A stretch of 63,851 bases of DNA, the filler included, from Choristocarpus tenellus KU-1152 (lineage: Eukaryota; Protista; Phaeophyceae), in NCBI GenBank assembly GCA_964200185.2. It is 11 parts of 11 records of this genome, joined end to end, with 100 filler letters (N's around TTAATTAATTAA, not from the genome) between each part and the next. Parts side by side here need not be neighbours in the genome. Positions count along the whole stretch, not along the records: positions 1 to 13,083 come from CAXNAD020001591.1; positions 13,184 to 15,980 come from CAXNAD020024673.1; 9 more parts are not named here. One strand, 5' to 3'. This document shows, piece by piece, positions 1-13,214 of this stretch; position 1 is the first letter of the stretch, and each line of letters begins with the position of its first letter. Under the pieces are notes generated by a model. It did no database searches. It was not told the origin of the DNA and was given only the letters and a program-made list of their open reading frames with translations. The position numbers and the translations under genes were made by a program.

Positions 1-34
1 GGGGGGGGGGGGCGGGGCTTTCTCCTCCCCCCCC

Positions 35-71
<37 letters not shown>

Positions 72-74
72 TAC

Positions 75-1144
75 CTCATCATCCATCTTGCTGGACTCAT
101 CGTTCGCTGTCCCTCTGATGTCGACAACGCCTGCGTCGTTTCTGCAGCTCCTCTCTCCTTGGCCAATTGTCCGGGGATGAAAGCCTGGGCGGTTTGTGAG
201 AGAGCCTCTCCAAAGGTGGCAAAAAAGAAGAATATTCTTAGCATCACCTGAAAATCAAAAAAGAAAAAAAAACATCCCCGGGAAAAGCAGAATGGGGTGG
301 TCGGTAAGCAAGCACATGGTTGGAAATTCGATAGGCTGATCAAACATCCTGGGTCAAAGAGAGAGAGAAAGAGAGAGAGACTATCAAATATTGAATAGCC
401 CACAACCTGGCACAAATAATAATAATAATAAGAAGAAGAAAAAAACAAAAAAGGGTGCTAGGGCTAGTGATAGCTACAGATAGAGAAAAAGTAACAGTAG
501 GCTAGGAATAAAGTTTGAACAGGGACAGGAATTTCCCTCAAGTATACATAGATGCGTAGGCATGGTGGGTATGTAACATGGAAAACATGTACACACATAG
601 ATACACACACACACACGCACACATGCGTGCATTTGTGTGTGTATGTGTGTGTGTGTGGATCTATATTCTGCAACTCCTGTTTGAAAATTATGTTGCATTT
701 TGAAAGTTCTCCTATCGTATCTGTGTACACAAGGAATTTCTTGTATTTCCACTTCAAAATAAATCGGGCAAAAAAGGGCCTTGTAAATTGAAAAAAAAGA
801 AGATATAGACCTACATACATATATATATATGTATATTAAGATTTCATACTTACAAAAAAAAGAGATGGCAATCACCTCTTTCCTACCACTATTAAAAATA
901 TTCTCTTGTATGGAAGGCGATGCAGTCCGGGAGGAGGCCTCACTCATTAGTACCGCTATCCATTTCCATCATAAAAATTTTAAAAAGCCCGTAATACACC
1001 CAAAACATAATAACAAAAAAATAATGAGACGTATCCCGGCGCTTTGCCATAACCCTTGAAATACATTTTTTTTAAATGTATGTATATACTCACTTGAAAG
1101 TGTGTACACCACACGCACATGCATATGTGACCTATGCCTGCAAT

Positions 1145-1175
<31 letters not shown>

Positions 1176-4100
1176 CATGCACCAAGAGCTCTTCCTCTCC
1201 TGGCGCACAAACATCCCTTATCAACTAGACACCCTAAATCGATTACTTCCTTATTCATCCACTGCAACTTGATGCACCTATGCCCTCCACAATCTAGCCC
1301 TAAGCTACTATCAACACAAAATACAAACACCACAAAAAGTACTCCTTGAAGCAACACCTACACAACACCACCACCAGATACACAAATATATTATTATTAT
1401 TACTACTGATATTTCGCAGGCGTTGTCACATTAGATAAAAAAAGAAGCAACACACAATAGGACATAAACCTACTCTGAAATAGAGCCAGTACACTCCATA
1501 GACTACAACAAAGACCTTTTGACACACCAACAGCAGTCGCTGTACTAGTACACTTCAAACCAGAAGTAGACGCCTACCAAGCCACACAACAGCAGCCGAA
1601 GAATATTAAAAAATAAAAAATTGTAAACGCCTTCTGAACCGTACAACAGAGCTCCAGTGCCCTTGTCCTTAAAAAAGAAACAAACGCCTTCCAAACCACG
1701 CAACGGCCAGAACAATTAACCAACCGAGAATCGTCTACCGCTGCACACTTACTAGCGTACTACGTACTATTGCAAAGCGAAACTGTCAACAGATAGGGGT
1801 GTGCAGTGGCCCCCTCCGTGTATTTGTCTTCACATTGTGTGTGGCAAGAGGAATGGTACCGATTGCAGTCACCGTCAGCGTCATCGTGGAGTAGCAAATG
1901 ACCTGCAGACAAACAAGTAATATATACCCAAACAAGTAATAATACCGATTGCAATATTGACATCAACACAAGCAGACAAACAAGCAAGCACAAACAACAT
2001 ACACATACACATACACACGCACACACACACACACGTAGGGGAGTGGTGGTACAGTCGACGAATTAGGGAAGCAGCACTATCGAAGGACTTGATTGACAAT
2101 CAGGGGCAGGGACGGGGAGGAGGGGTTGACGCACTCAGCTATCATTAGTTCGTCATCAGTATCTATTCTAATATTCCCTCAGTATTCGCTCTACATAAAC
2201 ATATATATATAAATAAAAATATAATGTATTTGTACCAAAGTTTTTCGCTTCTGAACGGGTTCTGTCTCTCGCCCAATCAAAGTGGAGCCCTTCTCCTTCC
2301 ACTTGTTGTGGTAACAACTATTGTGATAATAACAACTATTGTGATAACAATAAAAACAGCACGCATCAAGGCGTCAGAATGAGACCTGAGAGGGCAGCGT
2401 AGGGTACACTTCGTTTTTTGTGCATTACCTTTTTTTGGTATGAAACACAAAAAAGGTACGGAGGCAAAAACTGCAGCAGACAAAAAAAAAGAAGTGTGTG
2501 CCTCTCGGGTCAGTGTTAGGGTTAGGGCTAGGCGTGCGACAAATGTGTCCATCCCAGGGGAAAGACTAAACATTGACCATGCACATGAATGATCCATGTC
2601 CTGGGTTGAAGGCCAGTGTGCAGGTTGCAGCAATGGCTACAGGTGTTGAGCAATTGTTTAAACAGGCACAGTACCAATAAAATGACAGGAAAATTCTGAG
2701 ATGGAACACAGGTAGAGTATCGTCACTGGTATACTTCAGAGATTCTAAGGCACTTACTTCCTAGGAAAGTTATGACATTAAAATGTACAATGGGATAAAA
2801 CAGAAGGAGACAAAACACACTTCTGTTAACACCTGTGTTGATGTCTCACCGTGATGTCACTAACAATGCTAATAAACGCAATTGTGCAGGGTGTGGCTAA
2901 CAACAACTTCTCTCTTCTCGATTCAGCATTTCTGACTAAACAACAACTGCTTCCTCTCTCTCTCTCTCTCTCTCTCTCCCTGTTCCAAAATAAAAAAGTT
3001 GATTGGGATACTCTCTGTATATTACCATCATCACGAAGCATGTTTGTACCGTACACAATATTACTACAGTACAATACTCTGAAGTAGCAAGTTGTGTGTA
3101 CCCTAACCCTAACCCTAACCCAGTCTGTAAGAAACAGGCATACACCGTACTCACCACTATTCTAACCATTCTTCCCACCCTAACCCTAACCACTACACAA
3201 TAACATGCCTAAGAAAGCATTTGTGCACAGGAGTAAAGCGGAAAAGTGTCACCTCTTTGGAGTTACCACCAGGACAACCACAATGAGGGAAACCACTGAA
3301 GCAGAATCACTTTAATAGACCTTAGTGGTGCACACATCTCACACATCTCACACACCTCTCATTCCGCCAATGCCGATAAGATGATAACTAACAGAAGAAG
3401 ATGGATATGAGTGCTCAAGCAAGAGATCAGGGTAGTTTGTTTGACTACCCAAAGTGCTGTTTAGCAAGGTATCAAAACGCCTTGGCTCAACTTGGAAACC
3501 CTTGGTGATAGGGTGGAAGAGATAACAAGCATCCACTAACAAAGACAACCTGAAATGACAATACCTGATATGAGCAAGGTTGAAAAAATTTCAAAATAAT
3601 GTGGATATATATAAAAAATCTTTAAACTATATATACATGGCATATGCATAGATCTCTATTAATACATAATGTAGCTGACTGAACTGGTTCTGATAATAAC
3701 CAGAAATCACCGCACCACCTCTCACACTAGCAGTACCCTAACCCAAATACTAATAGTACTATAGTATGATTATCGATACGAATATTGATCTCGGAGTACA
3801 CTTCACTACTGAATGCTTTGCGGACAAAAAAAGGTACTTGTCAAGCACCAAATCAACAAGAAAATGACTAGAAGAAAAAGACTAGAAGCAGCTGCACTCA
3901 ATCGCACACAAAAGAATTGATGCAGTGTAGCACACACGCCTCCTTATCAGAACCTGGATTTGTGAAAGTGGCCTCAGAGTTAAGGGTGAGGTTTAGAGCT
4001 GGATAAATACTATCAGTCCCAATGACACTCCAATTCACCCCACCATGCCTAGAGACAATGGAGAGGTATTTTTCCTCCCCTGATTGTAGTGGGGAGTCTG

Positions 4101-5113
4101 ACTCCCGTATTGGGCACGGTCTTTCACCTTCCTTACCTTTCCTAAAAGGGTGAAGGCGATGGGTCCGGCGAAGCGAAGGAATACCATGAGCTCATTCCTT
4201 GCCGGCCATTCCACAAACTTGTACATCCTCTTCCCTTGTTGTACAAAGAGCCAAGGTGCACAAAGAAAAAAGACATGGGGGAGGAGGTTAAAGGTACAGA
4301 GAGGACAAGGTACAAAGACCACAGAGGTACTCAAGAGGGGGTACACACTCAGAAAAAAAAGGGAAAGAAAGAGAGGACCAAGTTACAACGAGGAACAATG
4401 CACAGAGAGGACCAAAGTACTCAGAGGGAAAACGTAGACAAGATGACCAAGGTACAGATTGTTCAAAGGTGGATAAGAGGACCAAAGGTACAGATTGTTC
4501 AAAGGTGGACAAGAGGACCAAAGCACAAAGATGACCAGGGTAATCATAGGAAGAAAGGTGCAGAAAGGAACAAGGTATACCTCCCACAGGGCACCGGCAA
4601 ACCAAAACACACACTCAACACACATACTTCCTACTTGTAGAGCGCCAGAAACACAAAGGAAAGTCCAACAGCCAGGCAAGATCTGGCTAACCACCCTCCA
4701 TCCTCACATACACACACCTTGCATCCTCCACACTGTAGCCCCCAACAACCCCATGCTGGTCCACTCCGCCAACATTGTGGCCAATCCTGCCCCCATTACC
4801 CCCATACCAGCCTTGCACACTGTAAACCAATCTCCCAGAGCGTTCATGACCCCAGCCAACACCACTATACCCAGGGGGGTGAGACTGTCCCTGGCACCTA
4901 GGCAAGCAGCCTGCAACACCATGGTTGTAATGCACGCTGGAGCTCCTAGGATACGTACACGTGAGTACATGAGAGCTGGTGGCACAATCTGGGAACATTG
5001 CAGGAAATGGAGGCACAGATGTTGGGGGGGGGGCGATTGCCTAGCCTACCCACGAGATGCCCGGTTCGAAGCGTACCACGATGATTGAAGTTGCACTACA
5101 TTGATAAATATTG

Positions 5114-5150
<37 letters not shown>

Positions 5151-7902
5151 CACTACTACTACTACTATTAATATTAATATTAGTCTTGATTCAGTCTGGG
5201 CACAGGAATCACTAGCTTGACCACTCACTCAACCTATCTTGCCCCAACCACCGGCCAGAGGTACTACACACACACTGCACAATTAGTATTAGTACTAGCG
5301 GTGCATTACAGCCAGATTCATTGCTACATAATGAATACCTTGTGCTCTTCTTATGCGTTAGGTTCGGCCATCCCACTTCTTATCACTGTGCCTCCACCCT
5401 CAAATATCATGCAGTACTTGCCTGGCCACAATGAAACACTGTCAACCGCAACCCAGGTATTCCAATATCTCTCATGTAGTTTAGCGCAGAGAAGAGGGTA
5501 CAGGATCACCTTTTTTGATTATATCATTTTTGATTGGGTTTACACACGATCCTTGAACAAACATCTGACGTCAACCGGTTAACTTGTACCTGGGTGTTCC
5601 TTCAGTTGAGGCCAGAAAACTACTCCTGAGGTAGGAGGATGCTTAATGGTGAAGCAACTTGATCATTGATATATATTTTTGAAGTGCTTCTGATGGTGTG
5701 GAGGCCAACCAACCAGCCAACAAGGCAGGCCAGAGCAATCGAATCTTATTGAAGAACACCTCGGAACTTATTGAAGTCACATTTGTTTCTGACTAGGCAT
5801 CGCATCTCTTTATACATGATAATAACTTTAAAGTGTTAATAGTGCAACACTAATTCCAGCCCTAACCCTCTCTATGTGGAACACATATATCAATACATTA
5901 AAAAACACAATGGCAGTCCATCCTATTTAGTACTATCCCATGCCATCATCAATACAAACAAGAGATGTCTATCTTCCCCTCCTGTGCCTCTCCAACAGAC
6001 ACTCGGGGATGGGACACTCACGTCCTTGCTCTTCTCTCCGGCCATGTGCACCAGAACCCTAGGCCCCAACAACTGCACCGTTGCCATGACCGTCAGCCCA
6101 ATGCCCAGTGCCAACCCAAGGGCATGCGCAACCACCTGATCAAAAAGTGTCCAAGGCAATAATGTGTTGGATGTGCAACATAGTGCAATGAGTGGCAGAA
6201 GCAAGACAATGCACTTACAGTCCTATCAATACGAACAGCAAAGTGATCTGAGGAATGACATTTCATATTGCTAGTTTGATGAAGACTGGTTTTGAATTCC
6301 CATGACTGATATGAACGAGAGCTCATAGCACACTACAGGATTGAGATTCAGAGTATATGCGGATCTGATTTCAAAACAGCAGAACAATGAGCTTCCCTTA
6401 AAGAGTGCAACATGAACAGTCAGGGATATTCACACACCGTGCTTCACCTCTGTGTGTGTTTCCCATAATATCTTATTCATTCCGTTCTACTTATTTCACT
6501 GACACAGCATTGCCCTTTTGAGGGATAAATTCAACATGTCACAAGTTACTTGAGGTGTGAAAGAGAGACTTGTTGTACAACTCCTCATTTTGATGTCTGA
6601 AAGCAACAAGTGCATGGCAAGACATTTCAGCGCCTGGAAGGATGACTTTCGAAGCCACACACAAGCAGTCACATACCTTCTGCGCCTCTCCAGTGTCTCC
6701 CTCCGCCAATGCCGTGGCCTGGAGGTTGGTAGTAGCCACAGCCAAAAAGGTGCAGCAATAAATCAGGCTCTCGCATACAATAGTTGCTGGTCCTAGGGAA
6801 GCAAGTTCTATTGCACTTCTCGTGCCTGCTTATGTAGTCAGCATCAATATGCCGCGCCATACAAGAAGAGAACGGAACGATGGCGGGGGGTATGAAGTCA
6901 TCACAAGCCTGTGGAAGAAGTACTCAGTTGATTGAAAGCAACTCCAATGCTCAAGACGTAGGAGCACTCCTATTATCTGTATCTACAGGTTAAGTGTGTT
7001 AGGTTCTGCTTCGTTCCATACAAGGGTACTTGAGCTGTAGAGAGTTCACCTTTGGGTACAGAAAAGAGCTTTTTGCCGTGTGTAAAGTAAAAAGCAAGCA
7101 CCACCTGCAATATGAGTCCGGAAACGATAGAGAGCAAGATATCTGGAATGCCGGACTTCATACCTTGCAGTTGCAGGGCTAACACTTCATAATTGTTACA
7201 TCCTTATAGTATTGTGGTTTGCCTTGATGAATGTCATATTCCAGTAGTATTGTCCCCGTGAGGTTTAACATCAGCACGAATCTCTGAAGTGGTCAATATG
7301 CCCAATCTGCGAACTGTACATCCACCTCCACTCTCACCCTTGGGGAGCAACGACCAAGTGAGAGTTCACAAATACAACTCTTGGCGGTGGTGAAAACAAG
7401 AATCAAGCAGGTTGCGAGGAACACAGATGATTGCATGCTGCATTACTCGATGTTGAAGTCACCCAGAAGAACAAAACTTACCTACAACTCCGGTGTCTAC
7501 AAGGCTCATGATGGGCGAGGCTAGCCAGATTCCGAGTGTCGGCAGGATGAACCGCAGCATCTTCCCGAATGAAACGTCGTCATCCACACGGCCATCCCAC
7601 CCGTTGGCAGCATCGCCCTCACACAATACGTCACCTGTCTTCTCCTGACCAGCTGCCACCTCACCCTCAGTGGCTAGCGAGTGCAATGGAGTAGGTCGAC
7701 ATTTAAGTACCGGAGAAGGTGGGAAGGTTGGGCAGTCGGTAGGTGGTTTGGACCACGGGAGCCGACGTTGGGGTTGTTTGTCCAAGTGCGATGAGCATGA
7801 TGCTACGACAAGTGAACCGATGCCTGGCCGTTTGAAACCCAGAGCTAGTCCTAGCGCTAGTGTGGATAGAGTGGAAGTCAACATAGCGGATGTTCTAATC
7901 AT
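75..7902 (-). CDS. MATE (DinF/EDS5/DTX46-like) efflux transporter with a putative bipartite plastid-targeting peptide; 7 exons, 3'-partial
   Basis: Phase-consistent GT-AG exons: 7902-7482, 6825-6677, 6135-6022, 4988-4718, 4234-4137, 1902-1834, 247-75. Spliced protein contains [134 protein letters not shown], all typical of EDS5/DTX46-type MATEs. The gene continues past the poly-C at the contig start. Confidence 0.93.
1460..1720. repeat. Degenerate ~55-60 bp tandem minisatellite in a MATE intron
   Basis: Recurring core aaacgcctt(c)..aacc..acaacagcag at roughly 1510, 1567, 1624 and 1682. Confidence 0.5.
4290..4540. repeat. Degenerate tandem repeat (~36-bp unit gaggaccaaaggtacagattgttcaaaggtggataa) in a MATE intron
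   Basis: Two near-perfect copies at ~4445-4520 plus partial gaggacc/aaggtaca units; these explain the repetitive spurious ORFs here. Confidence 0.75.
5115..5168. repeat. (TAC)n microsatellite
   Basis: Seen directly; a second (TAC)n lies at ~55601-55632. Confidence 0.95.
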
Positions 7903-8602
7903 TCCACCCTCCGTAGAAACCTCCAGTAGGAGGTGACTACTATTAGTGCACTCTCACGATGCTGTGTATAACTTACTGGCTTTGGTTCTAACCCTCGTCG
8001 AAGGCGTTGTGTAGGATTGAAAAAATGGGGAAAATAAAAAATGGTCACCACCACCTCAACACCATCTCACATCTCTAAACTATTATCCATAGAAAAGGGA
8101 CAGAAGGTACCCTTCACCAAGGACTTGGAGGAAGAACGGAAGGGAAGAATTATACTTGCTCGTTCGATCAAGGTGGATTAGTGTCGTAGCATTGCAGCGT
8201 GAAGGCTGACCTTACTAGATGCAACGAGAGGGGATACAACCAAGTTGTTCCGTCTGGACCCCAGTGCCATGACTTATGTGTATAGTAAAGTTGATTGCCA
8301 GGGAAGGAGACGGGATCCCTTTAGTTTCTCGAGTTTTTTCACCCACAGAGAGGACTGTTGACTGGTCACTGTACGCCCTTGCATAGAATGCAAGTTCAGA
8401 CATCCTCACTTGTGGTTCACGAACAACGTGCACCTCGATTTATCGCAAATCTGAAGTTGCGGCTTTTTGAATACTATGTGCCTCCTGCTGTACCATTGGA
8501 TTGGTGCTTCTTCGTTTGCAGCAGGTGACTACAACAGCAACTTCCAAAGAGTGTAAGCAACCTGTCTAACTCCTTGGCAACTTCTAAGGGTTGAATGCCA
8601 CC

Positions 8603-9996
8603 ATGCCTCTTCCAGGGAAGACCTACTCGTACGTTGATGGATTTAGCGTACCAGAGGTAAGGTCCACACGTGCTCTCAAGCTCTCTCATAATAGTGATCC
8701 CAATAGAAATATGTGGGGTGATAGGAATTCTTCGCGCATGATTTCAGCCTTTTCACTTGATATGGATCCAATGTCGCCATGTCGAAACGTCGAAGCCAGG
8801 TGTTGACAACATGTCAAGGGTCCTCGTTCCGAACTTTTAACTCCCTCAGTATGACTTTGGCCTTGTTCATCCTGTTTATGGTTAGATCGGCATGTCCCCT
8901 TCTGCTGCTGAGCTCTTGTCTCTCTGTGCCTGCTATACTCTTCAGTATTCCCATTTGCGTTTGCGTGACACATTGTTTTTGTAGTGCAACGTTCGATGTA
9001 TGTCATCTGTTAAAAATTATCGGGTGCTTTACAGTTAAGCTTCCCTTGCATACCTGAGTACTTTCTGCTCCCAGGGTTGGAAGTCTACACAACCTAGTCC
9101 TGTCGCTTGCCCCCTCTCAATTTCCTCCCCCATCCCCGAAAGAGAGAGAAGACCAAGTAGTAACAGCGCCTCTTGTACATCTTGACAAGGTGCCAGAGTT
9201 CACCAATTCCCATAGTACATTTCTTCTTGAGTCCTCAACCGATAGTTAACTGCACTTCCCTGAACATGCTACCTTTGCCATCACAACCCAGCATGGAGAA
9301 ATCATCGAGTCGTCATACTTGATGGGGGAGCGGCGAACCAAAAGCCTGGGTACCCGCATTGTAGAGTTTATTGTGGTGCTGTTATTTCTGGCCCTCAGCA
9401 CCATTTGTTTGGTCATGCTGTTCAGGGCTGGGGAGCGTCAACTCCCCATACATTCCCATGACCCTAGAGGAGACACTAAGACAGCAACAGCTTCAGCAAG
9501 CATGAGTAATGCCAGCCCTCTGTGTGAGGATAACCCCAACTGTGTTAGGGCAGGTACAAGAAGCAACCATAGAGTTGTCAGTGCAACTCTATTGCATAAG
9601 CCATTGTTACTGAGTTTACAATATATATTGAGTTGAAGTATTTTGGTAGGCAACTAGAACGTTCTAAATCTGTCATGCCGCTTAGTGATCTAATAAAGGG
9701 TGAACAGCAACACACTGCTCTAGGACGGTCACAGGGATTGATTCTAGTCAAGGGTAGCGGGAGATTCACAATTATTTGACTCTTTCCTAGGCGCTTATTT
9801 CTGTTTTAGTGATTGAAGTAAACTTTTTTGTGAAAGCGGATGGTGAAGTATGTGTGTAGGCTTGTATGGCAGTTGTCCCAGATGCTGACCCTGCATTGTT
9901 CTGAATACTATCTCGCCCTTCCTCTGTTATCCAGGATTAGGTGGGGTTTGTTGCCCTACTCCTGACGATGTATTCTTGGAATGCTGTGGAGCATGA
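8603..9996 (+). CDS. Small (125 aa) single-pass type II membrane protein with a C-terminal 6-Cys module
   Basis: GCCACCATG start. Exons 8603-8656 (phase 0), 9292-9553 (phase 1), 9935-9996 (TGA); total 378 nt, all GT-AG. Protein: MPLPGKTYSYVDGFSVPE-HGEIIESSYLMGERRTKSLGTR-IVEFIVVLLFLALSTICLVMLF(TM)-...-LCEDNPNCVRAG-LGGVCCPTPDDVFLECCGA*. Confidence 0.85.
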
Positions 9997-12159
9997 GGTC
10001 AATTCCACTTGCACGGATGTGCGGCAGACCGAGTCATCGCCATCAGTGTTTGCTTTTGCTTGAGGACTCTTGTCTGAAGGGGTAGGAGAGCCTGCAGAGC
10101 AAGAATCAATTGATGCCTTCCCGGTTTTTTTTTGTATTGTTAATGCAACAGGATGTATCATACTCTACTATGCTAGTGGTTGGGTCAGTGGTGTACACTA
10201 GTCGCACAAGACGTTTGCAGACTATATATTGAGCAAGTACTTTAGTGGGTTAGGGGCGGTTATTAGGCATGGCGTTTTTCCTGTTCTGATTTCATTTCAG
10301 TGGCATTTTTTCTGTTTACTTGTTAGTGCTAGAGTTTTAGGTCTCTCACCCAATCGAAAAAGAAATGTTAGTGTATGGTCTGTGTTGTTTGTATGGTTGT
10401 ATAGAAGCGGCCACTGCTTGGACTTTTGTTATCATCTCCATGTCTGTTGAGATGCTAGTAGAGGTATGGAGGTTAGCTGCTGTGGATATGGGTAAGGTTG
10501 GACTCTGGTCCATCGAGATATGAAATAGTGTGGGGTGGTTGAGGTGCAGCGAACCCATGCATGGAAATAGTGGATGGTGGGTCATGATCCCATATCACTC
10601 AGAGGTGCTTGTAAGGGGTGATGGTCTGTCTTGCCAAGCACCTGCATAAAGTCATAGATACGAAAGAGAGCTTATCATAGACTAGCTAGGGCAACATAGG
10701 GTTAGGGTATGCTGGAAGTATGTTTTTATTTTCATGTGTTTTTTGTGTTTTGGTGGACTTCACCCTTCTCAGATGTGTTCTAGTTCAGGTTGAACTCAGC
10801 AAAGGACCAGCACACTTCGCAGAGCTCTACATACTAGAACATTTTTGTGTTGTAATGGTCATGTGTGACTTTCGAAGTGTGTGTAATTGTTTGCAGTAGC
10901 GGTTTGTTTGCAATGCACATGTCTATTTGTGTACGAAAAATGGCCACTGATTACTATCTCTCTTTTCTTTCTCCTGAGTATGTCGTACTGTGCTTTTATC
11001 ACTTCTGCAATTCCTGCTTCAAGAGGTCCAAGTTTGTAACTTCCAGCAACAAGAATTGCCTACTATATTGGGTTTACTCTGCTGAACATGAGGTCTCAAG
11101 TTAGAAAATCGATCGGTTGATTTCAATGTCCTGTGCTGATTTGCGCTTGCAGAACAAGTGTAATCGCTGGTGAGTACTCTGTCAGTTCCTCCCGAAACAT
11201 CTTACCGCATGGTTTCACGATTCAGAAAATATCTGGGTGCAACCTGCACATAGATGGGGTGTTGTTGAAAGGACTCTCGTTCAATTTCAGGACAAGCCAC
11301 TCTGCATGACTAAGATTTGACCAAAACGTAGAAATATGAACTGAATTGAAGAACATGCACCACACTTTTTGAGTAATTTTTCATTGGGAAGAGCCAGGTC
11401 AAGTGCAGTAGGAAACCTAATGTGTTTAGAGATCCAACATCACGGTATCATACGCGGGCTAATGAGAACACACTTGTGACATTTAAACTTTCACGTTGGT
11501 AAACAGCATTTCAGTCTCTTCCCATTAAAAATAACTGTTGCCAACTCCTTCATACTTTCACAGTAGTATCATAAGGTGGGGGAAATGAGACTGTAGGCAA
11601 TGAAGGCCTTGCCGAGCATGTTTTAGGGGACAGTTATGGAAGGGGGTGCTGTTTCTATTTCCGACTGAAGTAGTAGAAAATGGTTTATTTACCTGGTTCA
11701 CTTTTGTTGGAATTTAGTTTTCGAAATATTAGGACCACTCACTCAGTACACAATGAGTATTAGTCATATCCTCTACCACAGGGTAGTTTTGTTCCTGTGT
11801 TTAGAGCACAGATATTACACGCTTTTTCAGAACAGATTCGCAAGAAAATGACTTTCTGTATGTTGATGCTGCTGATGTGTTAGGGCTACTCAGTCAGCAG
11901 AAAAGCCCTGCCCTACTTGACCCATCTTTTTGCCTTGTGGACAGTAGTTCGGTTTGATTGGACAGGTTGAGTACAAGGGTTAGGCTAAAAGCTACAATGC
12001 ATCATGCTCCCTTTGTTCAGCATCAGTTTGAGTAGTTTGCAAGGCAGGCTATAAATGCTCAAGATGGTGTACTACTATTTACTGTTTTTGGTTGGTTCCT
12101 GACAAGAACCACTTATGAGATGTTAACTTATAATTTCAGGGAAATCCGCCTTACTAAAG

Positions 12160-12249
12160 CTATGCCACACTGCCTGGTGTGAAGTCACAAGGTCTTATGC
12201 CTTCCTCGTGTGATTCATTATACCGCGCCACAAACTGTTCAAACTGAGA
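12160..12249 (-). CDS. Probable terminal exon of an unidentified minus-strand gene (SQFEQFVARYNESHEEGIRPCDFTPGSVA*)
   Basis: Pyrimidine-rich tract plus cag acceptor at 12250-12252, then exactly 30 codons to TAG. Upstream exons would lie beyond the contig. Confidence 0.4.
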   Translation of the reverse strand, partial: SQFEQFVARYNESHEEGIRPCDFTPGSVA

Positions 12250-12359
12250 CTGAACAGAGGAAATATACCGGAAAGAATGGAAATGATAGATATTGATACT
12301 GGATGGAACATTTGCTGCTTCTACCAAAATATACATCCCTCTATGAACATGGTAGGATA

Positions 12360-13083
12360 AAGGATGGACAGAGAATGGAATGGGCCCACATGAGGACGAG
12401 GTGGAGGTGATCGAGGATGGGAATGAAGGCTCACAAGATAGGCCGGGCAAGGGGGGAACATGAGCAGAGCACACCACTCCTCTTTGGGAATAGGTAGACA
12501 TGTTTCGTCTCTGCAGGATGGCGAAGCCCGGACGGAAAATCGAACGAGCGCACAAGGGGATGGGGCCAGAGAAGTGGTAGAGGCACACGGCGATGGTGGT
12601 AGGGAGAGGGAACCACCCCTACACGACTACGAGGAGGAGGAAGCAGGAGAGGAGGTGATAAGAGATATTACGGGGCTTCGAAGGCCAGCCTCCCCCACCA
12701 GGGACCCCAACCCATGCCCATCCCGAAAACCATGTCAGCTTACACCGGAACACTGTGCAATCTGTTTTTCCGAGATACAACAGCCAGTACTCCCTTTCCC
12801 CTGCACACACCCACTGGATCTGAGCCGTGCCTCGGCTCTATACCTCCGTGCGAGACCACTAAATCCCATCCCGTGCCCCACCTGTCGTACCCCTGCCAGC
12901 CCCGAACACTACTACACCGCCATGGAGGGGAGTGTGGGAACTGAAGCTGTGCTGGAATCCATCCGCTCACAATCGTCCTCCACCCCCTTTGCCATCCCAC
13001 CTGCCATCTCACCTTTCCGCCTACTCTCCATCACACGCCCCCTCCACCCCCCCCCCCCCTCCCCCGCCACCGCACCCCCCCCC
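12360..13083 (+). pseudogene. Decayed ORF with a degenerate RING finger and Pro-rich tail; probably the N-terminal part of a retroelement ORF
   Basis: CAICFSEIQQPVLPFPCTHPLDLSRASALYLRARPLNPIPCPTCR keeps CxxC, CxH and CxxC but lacks the central ligand pair. Intronless, with upstream frameshifts/stops; runs into the contig end. Confidence 0.5.
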
Positions 13084-13183
13084 NNNNNNNNNNNNNNNNN
13101 NNNNNNNNNNNNNNNNNNNNNNNNNNNTTAATTAATTAANNNNNNNNNNNNNNNNNNNNNNNNNNNNNNNNNNNNNNNNNNNN
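13084..13183. other. Artificial contig linker N44-TTAATTAATTAA-N44 (10 copies)
   Basis: Identical 100-bp blocks at 13084, 15981, 24125, 27995, 34247, 39650, 43089, 52156, 57473 and 61032. The 12-mer places stops in all six frames. Confidence 0.99.
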
Positions 13184-13214
13184 ATCTCCAATTAAACCCC
13201 TCCTTGCCCATCTC

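Noticed and set aside
1-70. G-run/C-run hairpin or G-quadruplex
   Set aside because: Homopolymer tract at a contig edge, like several other contig ends; length is unreliable.
4290-4540. CRISPR-like 36-bp repeats
   Set aside because: Head-to-tail tandem units with no unique spacers, no cas genes, inside a eukaryotic intron.
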